Shown: positions 1-9,658, counted from the first letter of the stretch. The stretch is 56,171 nt of DNA from an uncultured Rhodospirillaceae bacterium (GCA_964462145.1 CAYWYB010000001.1:1-56171), one strand, 5' to 3'. Numbers and translations: made by a program. The notes: generated by a model from the letters alone, not told the origin.

Positions 1-393
1 GTTGATGATCGAGCCGCCCGAGGCCTTCAACAGCGGCTGCAAACGGTGAGAGAGGCGATAGACGGAATTCAGATTGATATCGATGGTCGCCTCGAAATTC
101 TCCGGCTCGAAGGCCGCATCGCCGCGAAACGTCGTGCCGGCGTTGTTGACCAATACATCGAGCTGCTGGATGCCTTCCGCCAAGGCCTCCACCGCCGGCA
201 CATCCAGCATGTTGACCTGATGATAAGTGAAGCTGGAGAGGTCGTCAGGATAATCGCCGATCCCGTCCCTGGTGCCGGTAATGGTCACTTGGGCACCGGC
301 ATCCCGGAAACCGCGGGCGATCGACAGGCCGATGCCGCTGGAGCCGCCCGTAACCAAAACCGTCTTGCCGGAAAAATCAAAACTCACACTCAT
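1..393 (-). CDS. Short-chain dehydrogenase/reductase (SDR), N-terminal part; 3' end lies beyond the window edge
   Basis: Minus-strand translation from the ATG at 393 gives MSVSFDFSGKTVLVTGGSSGIGLSIARGF..., which carries the Rossmann TGxxxGxG motif. It is absent from the ORF track because it is truncated at position 1. Confidence 0.8.
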   Translation of the reverse strand, partial: MSVSFDFSGKTVLVTGGSSGIGLSIARGFRDAGAQVTITGTRDGIGDYPDDLSSFTYHQVNMLDVPAVEALAEGIQQLDVLVNNAGTTFRGDAAFEPENFEATIDINLNSVYRLSHRLQPLLKASGGSIIN

Positions 394-414
394 GCCTATT
401 GCTCCCAGGGTTTT

Positions 415-1026
415 TTAGCTTCTGGCCTGATTGATACAGGCTTCGACCATGTATTGCGTCATGCCTTCGATATCATCGGCGGGCACGATCATCAATTGGC
501 GAAGTGCGGCAACCTCGCAAATACCAAAAAAACCGGCCCATAATGTGCGCGCCAAACGGCCGCGAAATTCGTCGTCGTCCGGGAATTCCGGCACCAGGGC
601 CGCCTCCAGTTCTGCCATCGCGGCCGCGACCTTGGCACTGTACCAGTCCGGCAATGGTTCATCGTCGGGCCAGTCAACGTGGAAGAGCTGCCACCACGCC
701 GCCGGTCTTCGGCGCATGAAATCCAGCTGGCCGCGGGCCAGGGCCATGACCACATCCACTGTGGAGGCGTTGGCCGTTCCTAGCGCCTCCCGCCTCGCCG
801 CGGAAAGTTCGTCCCGCAACTCATCAAGGGCGCGGCCAGCCACATGCAGCATCAGTTCGTCCAGATCCTTGAAGACATTGTACAGCGTACCCGGCGCATA
901 GCGGATTTCCTTGGCGATGCGCCGTGCCGTCAGGGCCTCGTGGCCCTCCTCCTCAAGTATCTTCGTGGCCGCCTGAATGGCCATCTCGTGCAGCTGTTCC
1001 CGGCTGTGATCCTTGCGTCGCGCCAT
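415..1026 (-). CDS. TetR/AcrR family transcriptional regulator
   Basis: The ORF 415..1110 contains a TetR-type HTH (EALTARRIAKEIRYAPGTLYNVFKDLDEL). I prefer the internal ATG at 1026 (MARRKDH...), which has an AGGA Shine-Dalgarno upstream. The longer start would run through the operator-like palindrome. Confidence 0.85.
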   Translation of the reverse strand: MARRKDHSREQLHEMAIQAATKILEEEGHEALTARRIAKEIRYAPGTLYNVFKDLDELMLHVAGRALDELRDELSAARREALGTANASTVDVVMALARGQLDFMRRRPAAWWQLFHVDWPDDEPLPDWYSAKVAAAMAELEAALVPEFPDDDEFRGRLARTLWAGFFGICEVAALRQLMIVPADDIEGMTQYMVEACINQARS

Positions 1027-1096
1027 GCTCTGTCCTGCGATTTCTGAACGACGGTCAAAATAGTTCTTGACGCGCGACCTGACAAATACAATATTA

Positions 1097-1109
1097 TGAA
1101 CATTGTTCA
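1097..1109. promoter_or_regulatory. Candidate TetR operator, palindrome TGAACA-T-TGTTCA
   Basis: A perfect 6+1+6 inverted repeat sits in the divergent spacer between the TetR gene and the 1129 ORF. Confidence 0.4.
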
Positions 1110-1128
1110 ATAAATAGGAGAAACTGCA

Positions 1129-1584
1129 ATGTTACGATCTTTGAACTCGACAGCAGGTGCCGCGGCTATTTCATTGGTTTTTGCTTTGGCGCCGGTGGCG
1201 GCAACGGCGGCAAGCGTCACGGCCAGTGGCGCGGCGTTTTCAATCGCGGCTGTAACGTCGACCACGGCTGCGGTGTCCGGGGGCGAACAAGCAGTGCTGG
1301 AGCTTTCCGAATTACCTGCCGACGCCTTCTCCGCGACAGTGGTAAGCTTGCACCTTGCTGCCTACGGCACTAGCGCGACGCTGGCGTTTAGCATCAATGG
1401 CACCCGGCAGATTGCCGAAGTAGTGTTTGAGGGAATGCAAGTTGGTGCATTGGCGGTGGGACAAACCATCAAGGCCATTTCGACCGAGGCTGGTCATGTC
1501 TTGATGTCTGATGGCAGGTATCTGGCCTTTGCACCTAATGACACGGGACGGCAACTTTTGTTTAGCGAGGCCTTGGGCAAATGA
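1129..1584 (+). CDS. Hypothetical secreted protein with an Ala/Thr/Ser-rich N-terminus
   Basis: 151-aa ORF with a GGAG Shine-Dalgarno upstream and a signal-peptide-like N-terminus (AAAISLVFALAPVAATAAS). Its stop overlaps the next start (ATGA). I recognised no family. Confidence 0.55.
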   Translation: MLRSLNSTAGAAAISLVFALAPVAATAASVTASGAAFSIAAVTSTTAAVSGGEQAVLELSELPADAFSATVVSLHLAAYGTSATLAFSINGTRQIAEVVFEGMQVGALAVGQTIKAISTEAGHVLMSDGRYLAFAPNDTGRQLLFSEALGK

Positions 1585-2369
1585 TTGGCCGGGCTTTTCT
1601 GGCCGTCGTCTCGCTTTGCCTGGGCCTCCAGTCCGCCTCCGCCGGGACGCAATGCGTTGACAAGGCGCCATCGGCGGAGGCGATTGCCACCGCCGCCCAA
1701 GTGGCGATCGCGACATACCGGGCGCTCGACGAGAACGAAGCCGAGATGGCGATTCTGGCGAGGGTTGGAGCCGACATTTCAGAACACGGGCTGCGTTACA
1801 CCCATGGCGCATTTGTCATGCGCGATCACCCAAAGGGGCGTTGGTTTCTACGGCACCAATTGAACATCTGCGCCACCGACAAATCGAGAATATTCGATCA
1901 GGGTCTGATGAACTTCCTGCTTGATGACCCGTTGGTTCCAGAGATTTTGGTCATTATTCCGAAAACTGAAATGCAACGGCGGCTCGTGGCGGCGGTTCTA
2001 TCCAAATCCGCCCTGGCTCTACATCATGACGACTACAGCATGATCGCCAATCCTTTTAGCACCCGTTATCAGAATTCCAACCAGTGGGTACTGGAAATGA
2101 TCGCGGTTGCCCAGGCGCCCCATGGCGGCAATGGAAACCGGCGCCTGGCCCAGGACAGGCTGCGAAGGGCTGATTTTCGCCCATCACGGATATGTATCTC
2201 ACCTTTCAAGCTGCTGGGCGCATCATTGTTCCGGGCCAATGTTCGTTTTGACGATCATACGCAGGCAGAGGCGGATAGTGGTGTTTACAATGTGGTCAGT
2301 GTGCGCTCGGTGCGGGACTATCTGAATGCCCGGGGCGAGATCGCGAATGAATTCGTGGTCAGGCCCTAA
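1581..2369 (+). CDS. Secreted conserved protein, DUF2145-like
   Basis: 262-aa ORF with an N-terminal signal peptide (LAVVSLCLGLQSASA). The segment YSMIANPFSTRYQNSNQWVLE resembles DUF2145 as I remember it. This needs an HMM check. Confidence 0.55.
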   Translation: MIGRAFLAVVSLCLGLQSASAGTQCVDKAPSAEAIATAAQVAIATYRALDENEAEMAILARVGADISEHGLRYTHGAFVMRDHPKGRWFLRHQLNICATDKSRIFDQGLMNFLLDDPLVPEILVIIPKTEMQRRLVAAVLSKSALALHHDDYSMIANPFSTRYQNSNQWVLEMIAVAQAPHGGNGNRRLAQDRLRRADFRPSRICISPFKLLGASLFRANVRFDDHTQAEADSGVYNVVSVRSVRDYLNARGEIANEFVVRP

Positions 2370-2373
2370 CCAG

Positions 2374-4737
2374 CTAACCGCACTTGGAATAGCCGCAGGA
2401 GACGCAGGTTTCGCAGCCTTCCTGGCGGATCAGGCCCGGCGTGCCGCATTTGGGGCAGCCGCGTAAAAGGGGCGCGTCACCGCCAACCGCTTCGCCGCCG
2501 CCGGCCTGAACCTGCCCCGCCGCCGGCAGGGCGATCACGGCTTCTTCCGCGTCCGGGCCGGTGCCGGGGACGGCATTGGGGTTGGCAATGAAACCGATGG
2601 CGATCATGTGCCGTTCGATTATTTCACCAATGGCGGCCAGCAGGGAGGGAATATAGCGGCCCTCGACCCAATAGCCGCCGCGCGGATCAAACACCGCCTT
2701 CAATTCCTCGACAACGAAGGTGACATCGCCGCCCCGGCGGAAGACGGCCGAGATCATCCGCGTCAGGGCCACGGTCCAGGCAAAATGGTCGACGTTCTTG
2801 GAATTGATGAAGACTTCAAAGGGGCGGCGGCGGCCATCCTGGATGATGTCGTTGACGGTGATATAGATGCTGTGATCGCTTTCCGGCCAGTTGATCTTGT
2901 AGGTCTGGCCGGGCAGGGCGCCGGGGCGGTCCAGGGGCTGGGTCATATAGACCACGGCGCCCGCATCCAGTTCGTCCCGGGGCTTGGCTTCGGGCTGGAC
3001 CAGGGGCAGTTCCGGTTCCGCCGGCAGCACCGGCTTGGCCGCTTCCTCGGCCTCCAGCACCGCGCCGGTGACCTCGTTTGGCCGATACGTGGTGCAGCCC
3101 TTGCAGCCCTGATCATAGGCCTGCATGTAAACGTCCTTGAAGGCCTCGAAGGAAATATCCTCGGGCAAATTAATGGTCTTCGAGATCGAGGCATCGACAT
3201 ATTTCTGCACCGCCGCCTGCATGGCCACGTGATCGGACGGCGCCAGGGCGGTGGCGGTGACAAAGTAATCGGGCAGTTGCGCCGCCTCGCCGAACTGGGC
3301 CCGGAATTGCCGATAGGCATAGTCGGAGACCGTTTCCTCCCGCCGGCCGCCGTCGGGCATGGTGACATGGCGGCGGTAGGTAAAGGCGAACACGGGCTCC
3401 AATCCGGAAGAAATATTATCGGCGAATATGGAAATGGTGCCGGTCGGCGCGATGGAGGTCAAAAGCGCGTTGCGGATGCCATGTTCGGCGATGGCCGCGC
3501 GCACCTCGTCATCCAGCTCCATGACGCTGTCGCCGGCCAGATAGGCCTCCGCCTCGAACAGGGGAAAGGCGCCTTTCTCCCGGGCCAGTTCCACGCTGGC
3601 CAAATAGGCCGCCCGGCGCACCTCGGCCAGCCAGGTTTCGGTCAGCGCCACCGCCTGGGCCGAACCGTAACGCACCTTGCAAAAGATCAAGGCGTCCGCC
3701 AGGCCGGTCACGCCAAGGCCGATGCGCCGCTTGGCCCGCGCTTCCGCTGCCTGCTCCGGCAGGGGAAATCTGGAGATGTCGATGGCATTGTCCAGCATGC
3801 GGACCGAGATTCGAACCAGACGGCGCAGGGCATCCATATCCAATCCGGCATCCGGGCCAAAGGGATCGCGCACCAGACGGGCCAGATTTACCGAACCCAG
3901 TAAACAGGCGCCATAGGGCGGCAATGGCTGTTCGCCACATGGATTTGTGGAATTGATTTGTTCGCAATAGGCCAGATTATTGCGCTTGTTGATGCGGTCA
4001 ATGAAGATCACGCCGGGTTCGGCGTAGGCATAGGTGGCCCGCATGATGCAGTCCCACAGCTCCCGCGCTTCGACGGTTTTATAGTTGCGTCCGCCAAAGG
4101 TCAGTTCCCAAGGACCGTTTTCCTTCACCGCCGTCATGAAATCATCTGTCACCAGAACCGACAGATTGAACATGCGCAGGCGGCCTGGATCCTGTTTGGC
4201 CTCGATAAAAGCCTCGATATCGGGATGATCACAGCGCAGGGTCGCCATCATCGCACCCCGGCGGTGGCCCGCCGACATGATGGTCCGGCACATGGCGTCC
4301 CAGACATCCATGAAGGTCAACGGCCCGGAGGCATCCGCACCCACCCCCTGGACCGGCGCGCCGTTGGGCCGCAGGGTGGAGAAATCATAGCCGATGCCGC
4401 CGCCCTGTTGCATGGTCAGGGCGGCTTCGCGCAGATTTTCGAAGATTCCGGACATATCATCCGGTATCGTTCCCATAACGAAACAATTAAACAGAGTGAC
4501 ATTCCGTGCCGACCCAGCGCCCGCAAGGATGCGCCCGGCAGGCAGAAACTTGAAATCGTCCAGGGCCTCGAAAAATGGGTCATGCCATTGTTCGGGTTGC
4601 TTTTCCGCCGCCGCCAGGGCGCCCGCGACCCTGGTCCAGCTGTCCTCGATGGTGTCGTCCAGCGACTGGCCGTCAGCGCCCTTGAGGCGGTATTTCATGT
4701 CCCAGATCTGTTGGGATATTGGTGCGACGGTTGGCAT
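2374..4737 (-). CDS. nrdJ: Adenosylcobalamin-dependent ribonucleotide reductase (class II)
   Basis: 787-aa ORF with class II RNR core motifs (NPCGEQPLPPYGACLLGS, SIAPTGTIS) and a Cys-rich C-terminal tail (CPKCG...CETCVSCGYSKCG). Confidence 0.92.
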   Translation of the reverse strand: MPTVAPISQQIWDMKYRLKGADGQSLDDTIEDSWTRVAGALAAAEKQPEQWHDPFFEALDDFKFLPAGRILAGAGSARNVTLFNCFVMGTIPDDMSGIFENLREAALTMQQGGGIGYDFSTLRPNGAPVQGVGADASGPLTFMDVWDAMCRTIMSAGHRRGAMMATLRCDHPDIEAFIEAKQDPGRLRMFNLSVLVTDDFMTAVKENGPWELTFGGRNYKTVEARELWDCIMRATYAYAEPGVIFIDRINKRNNLAYCEQINSTNPCGEQPLPPYGACLLGSVNLARLVRDPFGPDAGLDMDALRRLVRISVRMLDNAIDISRFPLPEQAAEARAKRRIGLGVTGLADALIFCKVRYGSAQAVALTETWLAEVRRAAYLASVELAREKGAFPLFEAEAYLAGDSVMELDDEVRAAIAEHGIRNALLTSIAPTGTISIFADNISSGLEPVFAFTYRRHVTMPDGGRREETVSDYAYRQFRAQFGEAAQLPDYFVTATALAPSDHVAMQAAVQKYVDASISKTINLPEDISFEAFKDVYMQAYDQGCKGCTTYRPNEVTGAVLEAEEAAKPVLPAEPELPLVQPEAKPRDELDAGAVVYMTQPLDRPGALPGQTYKINWPESDHSIYITVNDIIQDGRRRPFEVFINSKNVDHFAWTVALTRMISAVFRRGGDVTFVVEELKAVFDPRGGYWVEGRYIPSLLAAIGEIIERHMIAIGFIANPNAVPGTGPDAEEAVIALPAAGQVQAGGGEAVGGDAPLLRGCPKCGTPGLIRQEGCETCVSCGYSKCG

Positions 4738-4825
4738 GCAAACCTCTCGGCCAGAGCCTCGAACAATGGCTAATGTTCTTGTTATGTACTATACCAAAAG
4801 CAATGCGCGAAAGAAAGGGAGTCCT

Positions 4826-5554
4826 TTATTTGATAGCGGCCTCCGCTTCAAGGGCTAAGTTCGCCGATTCAACCCGTTCCTGCAACAAGGCATCAAATTC
4901 CTTGCGCGGCAGTCCCGGAGGGATCGGTTCGAGAAACTGCAACACAATGGTGCCGGACCGGCGCAGCAGTTGCCGGCGGGGCCAGAACAGGCCGGAATTC
5001 AGGGCTACGGGTACCACAGGCACATCCAGCCCCCGGTACAGCGCCGAGACACCGGGCTGATAGGGCATATCGGCGGTGCTGACACCGGGCGCCGTGCGCG
5101 TGCCCTGGGGGAAAATCACGATGGCACGGCCCAGTTCGGCTGCTTCCTTTGCATCCGTCAACATCGCCCGCAGGGCTTTCGCGCCCGCCTTGCGGTCAAC
5201 GGCGATCATCCGGGTCTTGCGGCACATCCAGCCATAGATGGGAATAGACAGCAGTTCCTTTTTCAAGACCATGGCCGGGTCGTCCAGGATGACATGCCAG
5301 ATCAAGGTATCCCAGGCGGCCTGGTGCTTGGAGGCGATAATGGCGCCGCCCTGGGGGCGGTGTTGCAAACCCCGGATTTCCACCTTGATGCCGGCGCTCC
5401 AGCGCAGCAGGAGATTGACGCCGCTGGCCCAGCGCCGCTGGCCCCAGACCGTTACCTGATAGGGCAACAGCAGGCCCGGCGAAAAGCACAGGACCATTGC
5501 CGTGGTCCAGGTGTAGAACAGAATATTGAATAGGTTGGATCGAACCGCCCGCAT
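4826..5554 (-). CDS. plsC: 1-acyl-sn-glycerol-3-phosphate acyltransferase (lysophospholipid acyltransferase)
   Basis: 242 aa with an HX4D acyltransferase motif (SKHQAAWDT) and a later FPQGTR motif. The N-terminus contains a TM segment. Confidence 0.85.
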   Translation of the reverse strand: MRAVRSNLFNILFYTWTTAMVLCFSPGLLLPYQVTVWGQRRWASGVNLLLRWSAGIKVEIRGLQHRPQGGAIIASKHQAAWDTLIWHVILDDPAMVLKKELLSIPIYGWMCRKTRMIAVDRKAGAKALRAMLTDAKEAAELGRAIVIFPQGTRTAPGVSTADMPYQPGVSALYRGLDVPVVPVALNSGLFWPRRQLLRRSGTIVLQFLEPIPPGLPRKEFDALLQERVESANLALEAEAAIK

Positions 5555-5564
5555 TATTTTTTTC

Positions 5565-6164
5565 CTATTCCGACGGACCGGTCAGGCGGACCCTGAGCAG
5601 AGAGATCAGATATTTGCTGTATTCCATGGCCAACAATTTCATGGTGCCGGGAAACTGCCACCAATCCGCCAGCTTCACTTGTTTTGGAAACACCGGGTTG
5701 GCATGCAAGGTGATATTCGGCATGGCCTGTTGGAACAGCAACAGGCTGCGCGGCATATGGTAGGAGGCGGTAACAAGATGCAAGCTTTGATAGCCATTAC
5801 GCTCCATCCATAACGCTGCCTCGATCGCATTGCCCCAGGTATCGCGTGCCTGATAGCCCAGATCGACGCAACAGCTGAACAAATCACCAGCCGCGCTCTG
5901 GCTCGTCTGTATTTCAGCCGCCGAGACGTCTTTCTGAACGCCTGAAATCAGCAACTTTTCGCCTTTTCGGTCGGCCAGCAGTTGTAAACCTACCTCCAAC
6001 CGCCCTCGCCCGCCGGTCAGCACAACAATGGCGTCATTGGCGCCAGGTTGAGCCCTGGCGGAGGCTTGCCGGGGCAGCTCGGCCGCGTACAGCAGAAAGC
6101 CGCCCAGCCACAGCAGCGCCATGGCGGCTAAACTTAACAGCACGCTCCGCGGCAACCACGTCAT
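5565..6164 (-). CDS. YdcF/DUF218 family protein
   Basis: 199 aa with an N-terminal TM segment and DUF218 signatures (IVVLTGGRGR, DTWGNA, LVTASYHMPRS). It overlaps ftsX by 4 bp. Confidence 0.8.
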   Translation of the reverse strand: MTWLPRSVLLSLAAMALLWLGGFLLYAAELPRQASARAQPGANDAIVVLTGGRGRLEVGLQLLADRKGEKLLISGVQKDVSAAEIQTSQSAAGDLFSCCVDLGYQARDTWGNAIEAALWMERNGYQSLHLVTASYHMPRSLLLFQQAMPNITLHANPVFPKQVKLADWWQFPGTMKLLAMEYSKYLISLLRVRLTGPSE

Positions 6165-7138
6165 GGCAGCCGCGATAATTCGTAAAGCACGGTGCGCCGC
6201 GCCGTCATTGCCGTCAAACCCGCCGCCAGCAGGGGCAACGTGGCCAGGGCCAGCAGGGCGATTGGCGAAAGCGCCAGATCACCAAACAACGGCCCCTCCA
6301 GATCCGCTGCCAGGCGTGACAGGGCGAACAGGGCGGCAGCGGTTACCGCCAGTCCGATCAGGCCGCCTTTCAGGCCCATGGTCAAGGCGCGCCATTGAAA
6401 CAGCCGTGCGATATAGCTATCCCGCGCCCCCATGACGTGAAGCAGCTTGACCACTTCCAGATGCGCCGCGAAGGCGGCCCGGGTGCCAAAGATCACCACC
6501 GAACAGGTGGCAAAGCAGATCATCGCCAGACAAGCCGCCATCATCCATTGCAATGACCGGCTGAGGCGGATCAGTTTGCCCAGCCAAATCTGATGATCAT
6601 CAATGCGGATACCAGGGTCAATCCTGGCCAGCCGCTTGGCCAGTAACGCCAGATCCGCTGGCTCGTTCTCCGATAAGCGCACATCGATCAGTTGCGGCAG
6701 GGGCAAATTACCCAGCAAACCGCCAAGCGAGCCGCCGGGACCGCTGTTGCCCAACCAGGGTTGCAGCAACTTGGCGATCTCCGCCGACGCCAGGGGGCGC
6801 ACTTCGGCGATACCGGCGGTGGCCCGCAGGGCGACCACCACGGCTGCCAGCACGTCGTTCATTGCGGCGCCCGTAGCGGCGGCCTTTTCGGCAACTGGGC
6901 GTTTCCGATCCGAACCGGCCCGCGCCGTGCCGCCGGCTTTGTCGCCCGCGTCCGCTTTCGGCGGCGGAATTTCAATGGTGATGGTGTTGGCAAGGTCATG
7001 TTGCCAGCTGCCTGTCGCCTGGTGCAGGACCAGGGCGGCGGCGCCGGCGAGGGCGGCGAAAAAAACCATCACCGCCACGACCCAGGGCAGAAAACGCCCG
7101 GCACCTTCCGAATCGGGTATCAAGTCCGGCATCGCCAT
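6161..7138 (-). CDS. ftsX: Cell division ABC transporter permease FtsX-like
   Basis: 325 aa with 4 predicted TM segments and a periplasmic loop. It lies immediately downstream of ftsE. Confidence 0.8.
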   Translation of the reverse strand: MAMPDLIPDSEGAGRFLPWVVAVMVFFAALAGAAALVLHQATGSWQHDLANTITIEIPPPKADAGDKAGGTARAGSDRKRPVAEKAAATGAAMNDVLAAVVVALRATAGIAEVRPLASAEIAKLLQPWLGNSGPGGSLGGLLGNLPLPQLIDVRLSENEPADLALLAKRLARIDPGIRIDDHQIWLGKLIRLSRSLQWMMAACLAMICFATCSVVIFGTRAAFAAHLEVVKLLHVMGARDSYIARLFQWRALTMGLKGGLIGLAVTAAALFALSRLAADLEGPLFGDLALSPIALLALATLPLLAAGLTAMTARRTVLYELSRLP

Positions 7139-7144
7139 CCCGGC

Positions 7145-7903
7145 TCAACCCGACTTGCGCCGAGCGGCTGGGGCCTCAGCCGTCTTGGCCTTGGCCTGAC
7201 CCGCGCGACCGGATGCGCCATTGGCGGCGCCATTAGAAGTGGGGGCGATGCTGGGGTGCAGAATGCTATCGGTCAAGGTCAGCACCGGGTGGGAAAACCG
7301 CCGGACCAGGGCATCGTTATGGGTGGCGACGACCACGGCGGTGCCAGAGCGGTGCAGCTCCTCGAACAAGCGCACCAGGCGGTAGGCAATGCGGTCGTCA
7401 ACATTGCCCGTGGGTTCATCCGCCAGCAGCAGATTGGGTTTCGAGATCACCGCGCGGGCGATGGCCACCCGTTGTTGCTCGCCACCCGACAGGGTGTCCG
7501 GGTTGTCCTCCAGACGGGCCCCAAGGCCGACCCAGTCAAGCAGTTCGGAAACATTGTTGCGGGTGCGTTTCTCGTCCTCGCCGGCCAGGCGCAGGGGCAG
7601 GGCGACATTGTCGAAAACACTGAGGTTCTGCAATAATCGGAAATCCTGGAATACCACGCCGATGCGCCGGCGCAGGGCGGGCAGGTCGCGGCGCCGGGCG
7701 GTAGCCATGTCCTGGCCAAAAACCTCCATCCTGCCCCGCGAGGGGAACAGCGCCAGATACATCAGTTTCAGCAGCGAGGATTTTCCGGCGCCCGAGGCGC
7801 CGGTCAGAAAGTGAAAGCTGCCGGGCGCTATATGCAGGTTGATGTCACGCAGCACTTCCGGTCCAACGCCATAGCGGACACCAACATTTTCGAAGCGAAC
7901 CAT
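7145..7903 (-). CDS. ftsE: Cell division ATP-binding protein FtsE
   Basis: It has Walker A (GASGAGKSS), the ABC signature (LSGGEQQR) and Walker B (LLLADEP). I prefer the ATG at 7903 ([12 protein letters not shown]), which matches typical FtsE N-termini. The ORF-track start at 8053 adds 50 implausible residues. Confidence 0.9.
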   Translation of the reverse strand: MVRFENVGVRYGVGPEVLRDINLHIAPGSFHFLTGASGAGKSSLLKLMYLALFPSRGRMEVFGQDMATARRRDLPALRRRIGVVFQDFRLLQNLSVFDNVALPLRLAGEDEKRTRNNVSELLDWVGLGARLEDNPDTLSGGEQQRVAIARAVISKPNLLLADEPTGNVDDRIAYRLVRLFEELHRSGTAVVVATHNDALVRRFSHPVLTLTDSILHPSIAPTSNGAANGASGRAGQAKAKTAEAPAARRKSG

Positions 7904-8176
7904 CCGATGCGCACCATCCGAAGCGTACTTTGGAAACGATAGCCTCTCATCACAGGCTTGCGCCAAGATGCCACGAGCCTGGGCCAGGGTCCAGCGCCGC
8001 AAGTCAATTCCATTGCGGCCCCAAATGATGCCGGCGAAAAAGAAACGCGCCACTTCGCAGCCGATGCATTGCGCCGCCCGGCGAACACGGCTAACTTTTG
8101 CGCAGTGTGCGGTATGAATTTGCTTCGCCGGTTTAGAGTTCCTATATCGTTTTTATTTCGTTCATCGGTAGATTGC

Positions 8177-9028
8177 ATGATCCTTTCCTGCCCAGCGTGC
8201 GATACGCGCTTCAATGTCCCCGACAACGCCATTGGCGAGGCGGGCCGTATGGTGCGTTGCGCCAAGTGCGGCGACAGCTGGCATCAAATGCCAGTGACGG
8301 AGGAAGAGATGCCGCCGGTGCTTGAGGCCGACCCGCCCGCCGCCGATCCGACGGATGAAGCGGATTTTAGCGATTCGGCGGAAGATGCATTTGATGATGC
8401 CCTTGAGGACGAGGCTGAAAATCCGGCTGAAGATGTTGGCGCCGTCGAGGCGGACGAAGACCTGGATGATGCCGATGCCTCGGATGCGGCGGGAGATGCG
8501 GCTGAAAAAGCGGCGCCCGATGGCGAATCCGCCAAGAAGAAAGCGCGCCGGTCACGTGCCAGGGCCGGTCAGCAGGCACGGGAGGGCAAGGGGAAACGAG
8601 GTTTGGTTGGCTGGCTGGTTCTGTTCCTGGTGCTGGCCGGCGTGGGCAGCGGCGGGGTTTTCCTGCAGCAAAACATCGTTGCGCTCTGGCCCCCCGCTGA
8701 ACAGCTTTACAACATGCTCGGAGTGGGTCCGGGGCCTGAAAAATTCAGCCTGGCGATCCAGAACGTCAAATGGGAACGCAAGCGGGAAAAGGGCAAGCCG
8801 ATCCTGGTCGTACTGGGCGAGATCATCAACACTTCGGACAAGCCAAAGTCCGTGCCGCGCCTGCGCGTGATTATCCGCGACGAAAAGGACCGGCGGCTTT
8901 TCCGTTGGACCGTGACCACGGCTAAGGATCAGTTGGAACCGGGTCAAGTCACCACATTCTCCACCCGTCTGGCCGATCCCCCGGACGGTGCCCGCAGCCT
9001 GGCCGTCACATTTCTGATGCAGCCGTGA
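8177..9028 (+). CDS. MJ0042-type zinc-ribbon / DUF3426 domain membrane protein
   Basis: Starting at the ATG at 8177 gives MILSCPACDTRFNVPDNAIGEAGRMVRCAKCGDSW, a CxxC...CxxC zinc ribbon. This is followed by a long acidic low-complexity linker, one TM segment and a C-terminal beta-rich domain. Confidence 0.75.
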   Translation: MILSCPACDTRFNVPDNAIGEAGRMVRCAKCGDSWHQMPVTEEEMPPVLEADPPAADPTDEADFSDSAEDAFDDALEDEAENPAEDVGAVEADEDLDDADASDAAGDAAEKAAPDGESAKKKARRSRARAGQQAREGKGKRGLVGWLVLFLVLAGVGSGGVFLQQNIVALWPPAEQLYNMLGVGPGPEKFSLAIQNVKWERKREKGKPILVVLGEIINTSDKPKSVPRLRVIIRDEKDRRLFRWTVTTAKDQLEPGQVTTFSTRLADPPDGARSLAVTFLMQP

Positions 9029-9123
9029 GCCGTTTGGAGACAACGTTCTTGGACAACAAAGGGTAAAACGGCATGGAAGGGGCAGGGGGGCGGCCACGCG
9101 AAGGGCAATCGGGCGCGGTGGAT

Positions 9124-9636
9124 ATGATGTATTCCGCGGCAGAGATCGGCGCCCGCGTCGGTGCATTGGCGGCTGATATCGCCGATGTCATGGGCCCCGA
9201 TATCATGGTGGTGGCGGTATTGAAGGGCAGTTTCGTCTTTACCGCCGATCTGCTGCGTGCCTTGCATTACCATGGCGTGCATCCGCGAATCGATTTCATG
9301 ACCTTATCCAGCTACGGTACCGGCACCGAGAGCAGCGGCGAAGTGGTCATTACCCGGGATATTACGGATGATGTCCGCGGGGCGAAGGTCCTGCTGATCG
9401 ACGATATTCTTGAATCGGGCCGTACCCTTGCTTTCGCCCGTGCCCTGCTGCAAGAGCGGGGGGCCGAGACTGTGCGCCTGTGCGTTCTGCTGGATAAGCC
9501 CGAGAAACGCAAAACCGAACTAAATGCCGACTATGTCGGGTTCTCTATTGGCGATGCATTCGTCGTTGGTTATGGTTTGGACTACGCTCATTATTACCGC
9601 GAATTACCATTTATTGGAACAATCTCGACTGGTTGA
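9124..9636 (+). CDS. hpt: Hypoxanthine phosphoribosyltransferase
   Basis: It has the PRTase motif VLLIDDILESGRTL and the C-terminal GYGLDY...YR motif. The likely start is MMYSAAEI at 9124; the ORF track begins at 9073. Confidence 0.88.
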   Translation: MMYSAAEIGARVGALAADIADVMGPDIMVVAVLKGSFVFTADLLRALHYHGVHPRIDFMTLSSYGTGTESSGEVVITRDITDDVRGAKVLLIDDILESGRTLAFARALLQERGAETVRLCVLLDKPEKRKTELNADYVGFSIGDAFVVGYGLDYAHYYRELPFIGTISTG

Positions 9637-9658
9637 GAGAAATTAACGGAAGAATGCA

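Noticed and set aside
2608-3903. Very long ORFs antisense to, or out of frame with, clear genes. Examples are 2608..3903(+), 13447..14436(+), 19820..20560(-), 21298..22293(-), 24252..25184(-), 26100..26987(-), 27600..29012(-), 28930..29841(-), 33926..34900(+), 43768..44685(+), 45252..46013(-), 47022..47903(-) and 54862..55701(-).
   Set aside because: Each one fully overlaps a gene with strong family motifs on the other strand or frame. Their translations are Arg/Gly/Pro/His/Gln-rich low-complexity sequences with no recognisable motifs, which is the expected stop-codon-poor artefact of a GC-rich genome.
4738-4825. A possible NrdR box pair or cobalamin riboswitch upstream of nrdJ.
   Set aside because: The spacer contains only weak AT-rich partial palindromes (TATAGTAC, AACATTAGCCATTGTT). 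They do not fit the 16-bp NrdR consensus or its roughly 31-bp box spacing. The 88-bp spacer is too short for a B12 riboswitch.
7904-8053. N-terminal extensions proposed by the ORF track for ftsE (to 8053), the zinc-ribbon gene (from 7958), hpt (9073), DLH (15025), ctaC (19883), ctaG (23591), DUF983 (25024), YggU (30983), SMP-30 copy 1 (35756), ACAD (40641), LLM (41888), ChaC (50611), amidohydrolase (51975) and Gfo/Idh/MocA (53582).
   Set aside because: Internal starts give N-termini that match the family-typical beginnings, usually with a Shine-Dalgarno sequence. The extensions overlap neighbouring genes or operator-like sites.
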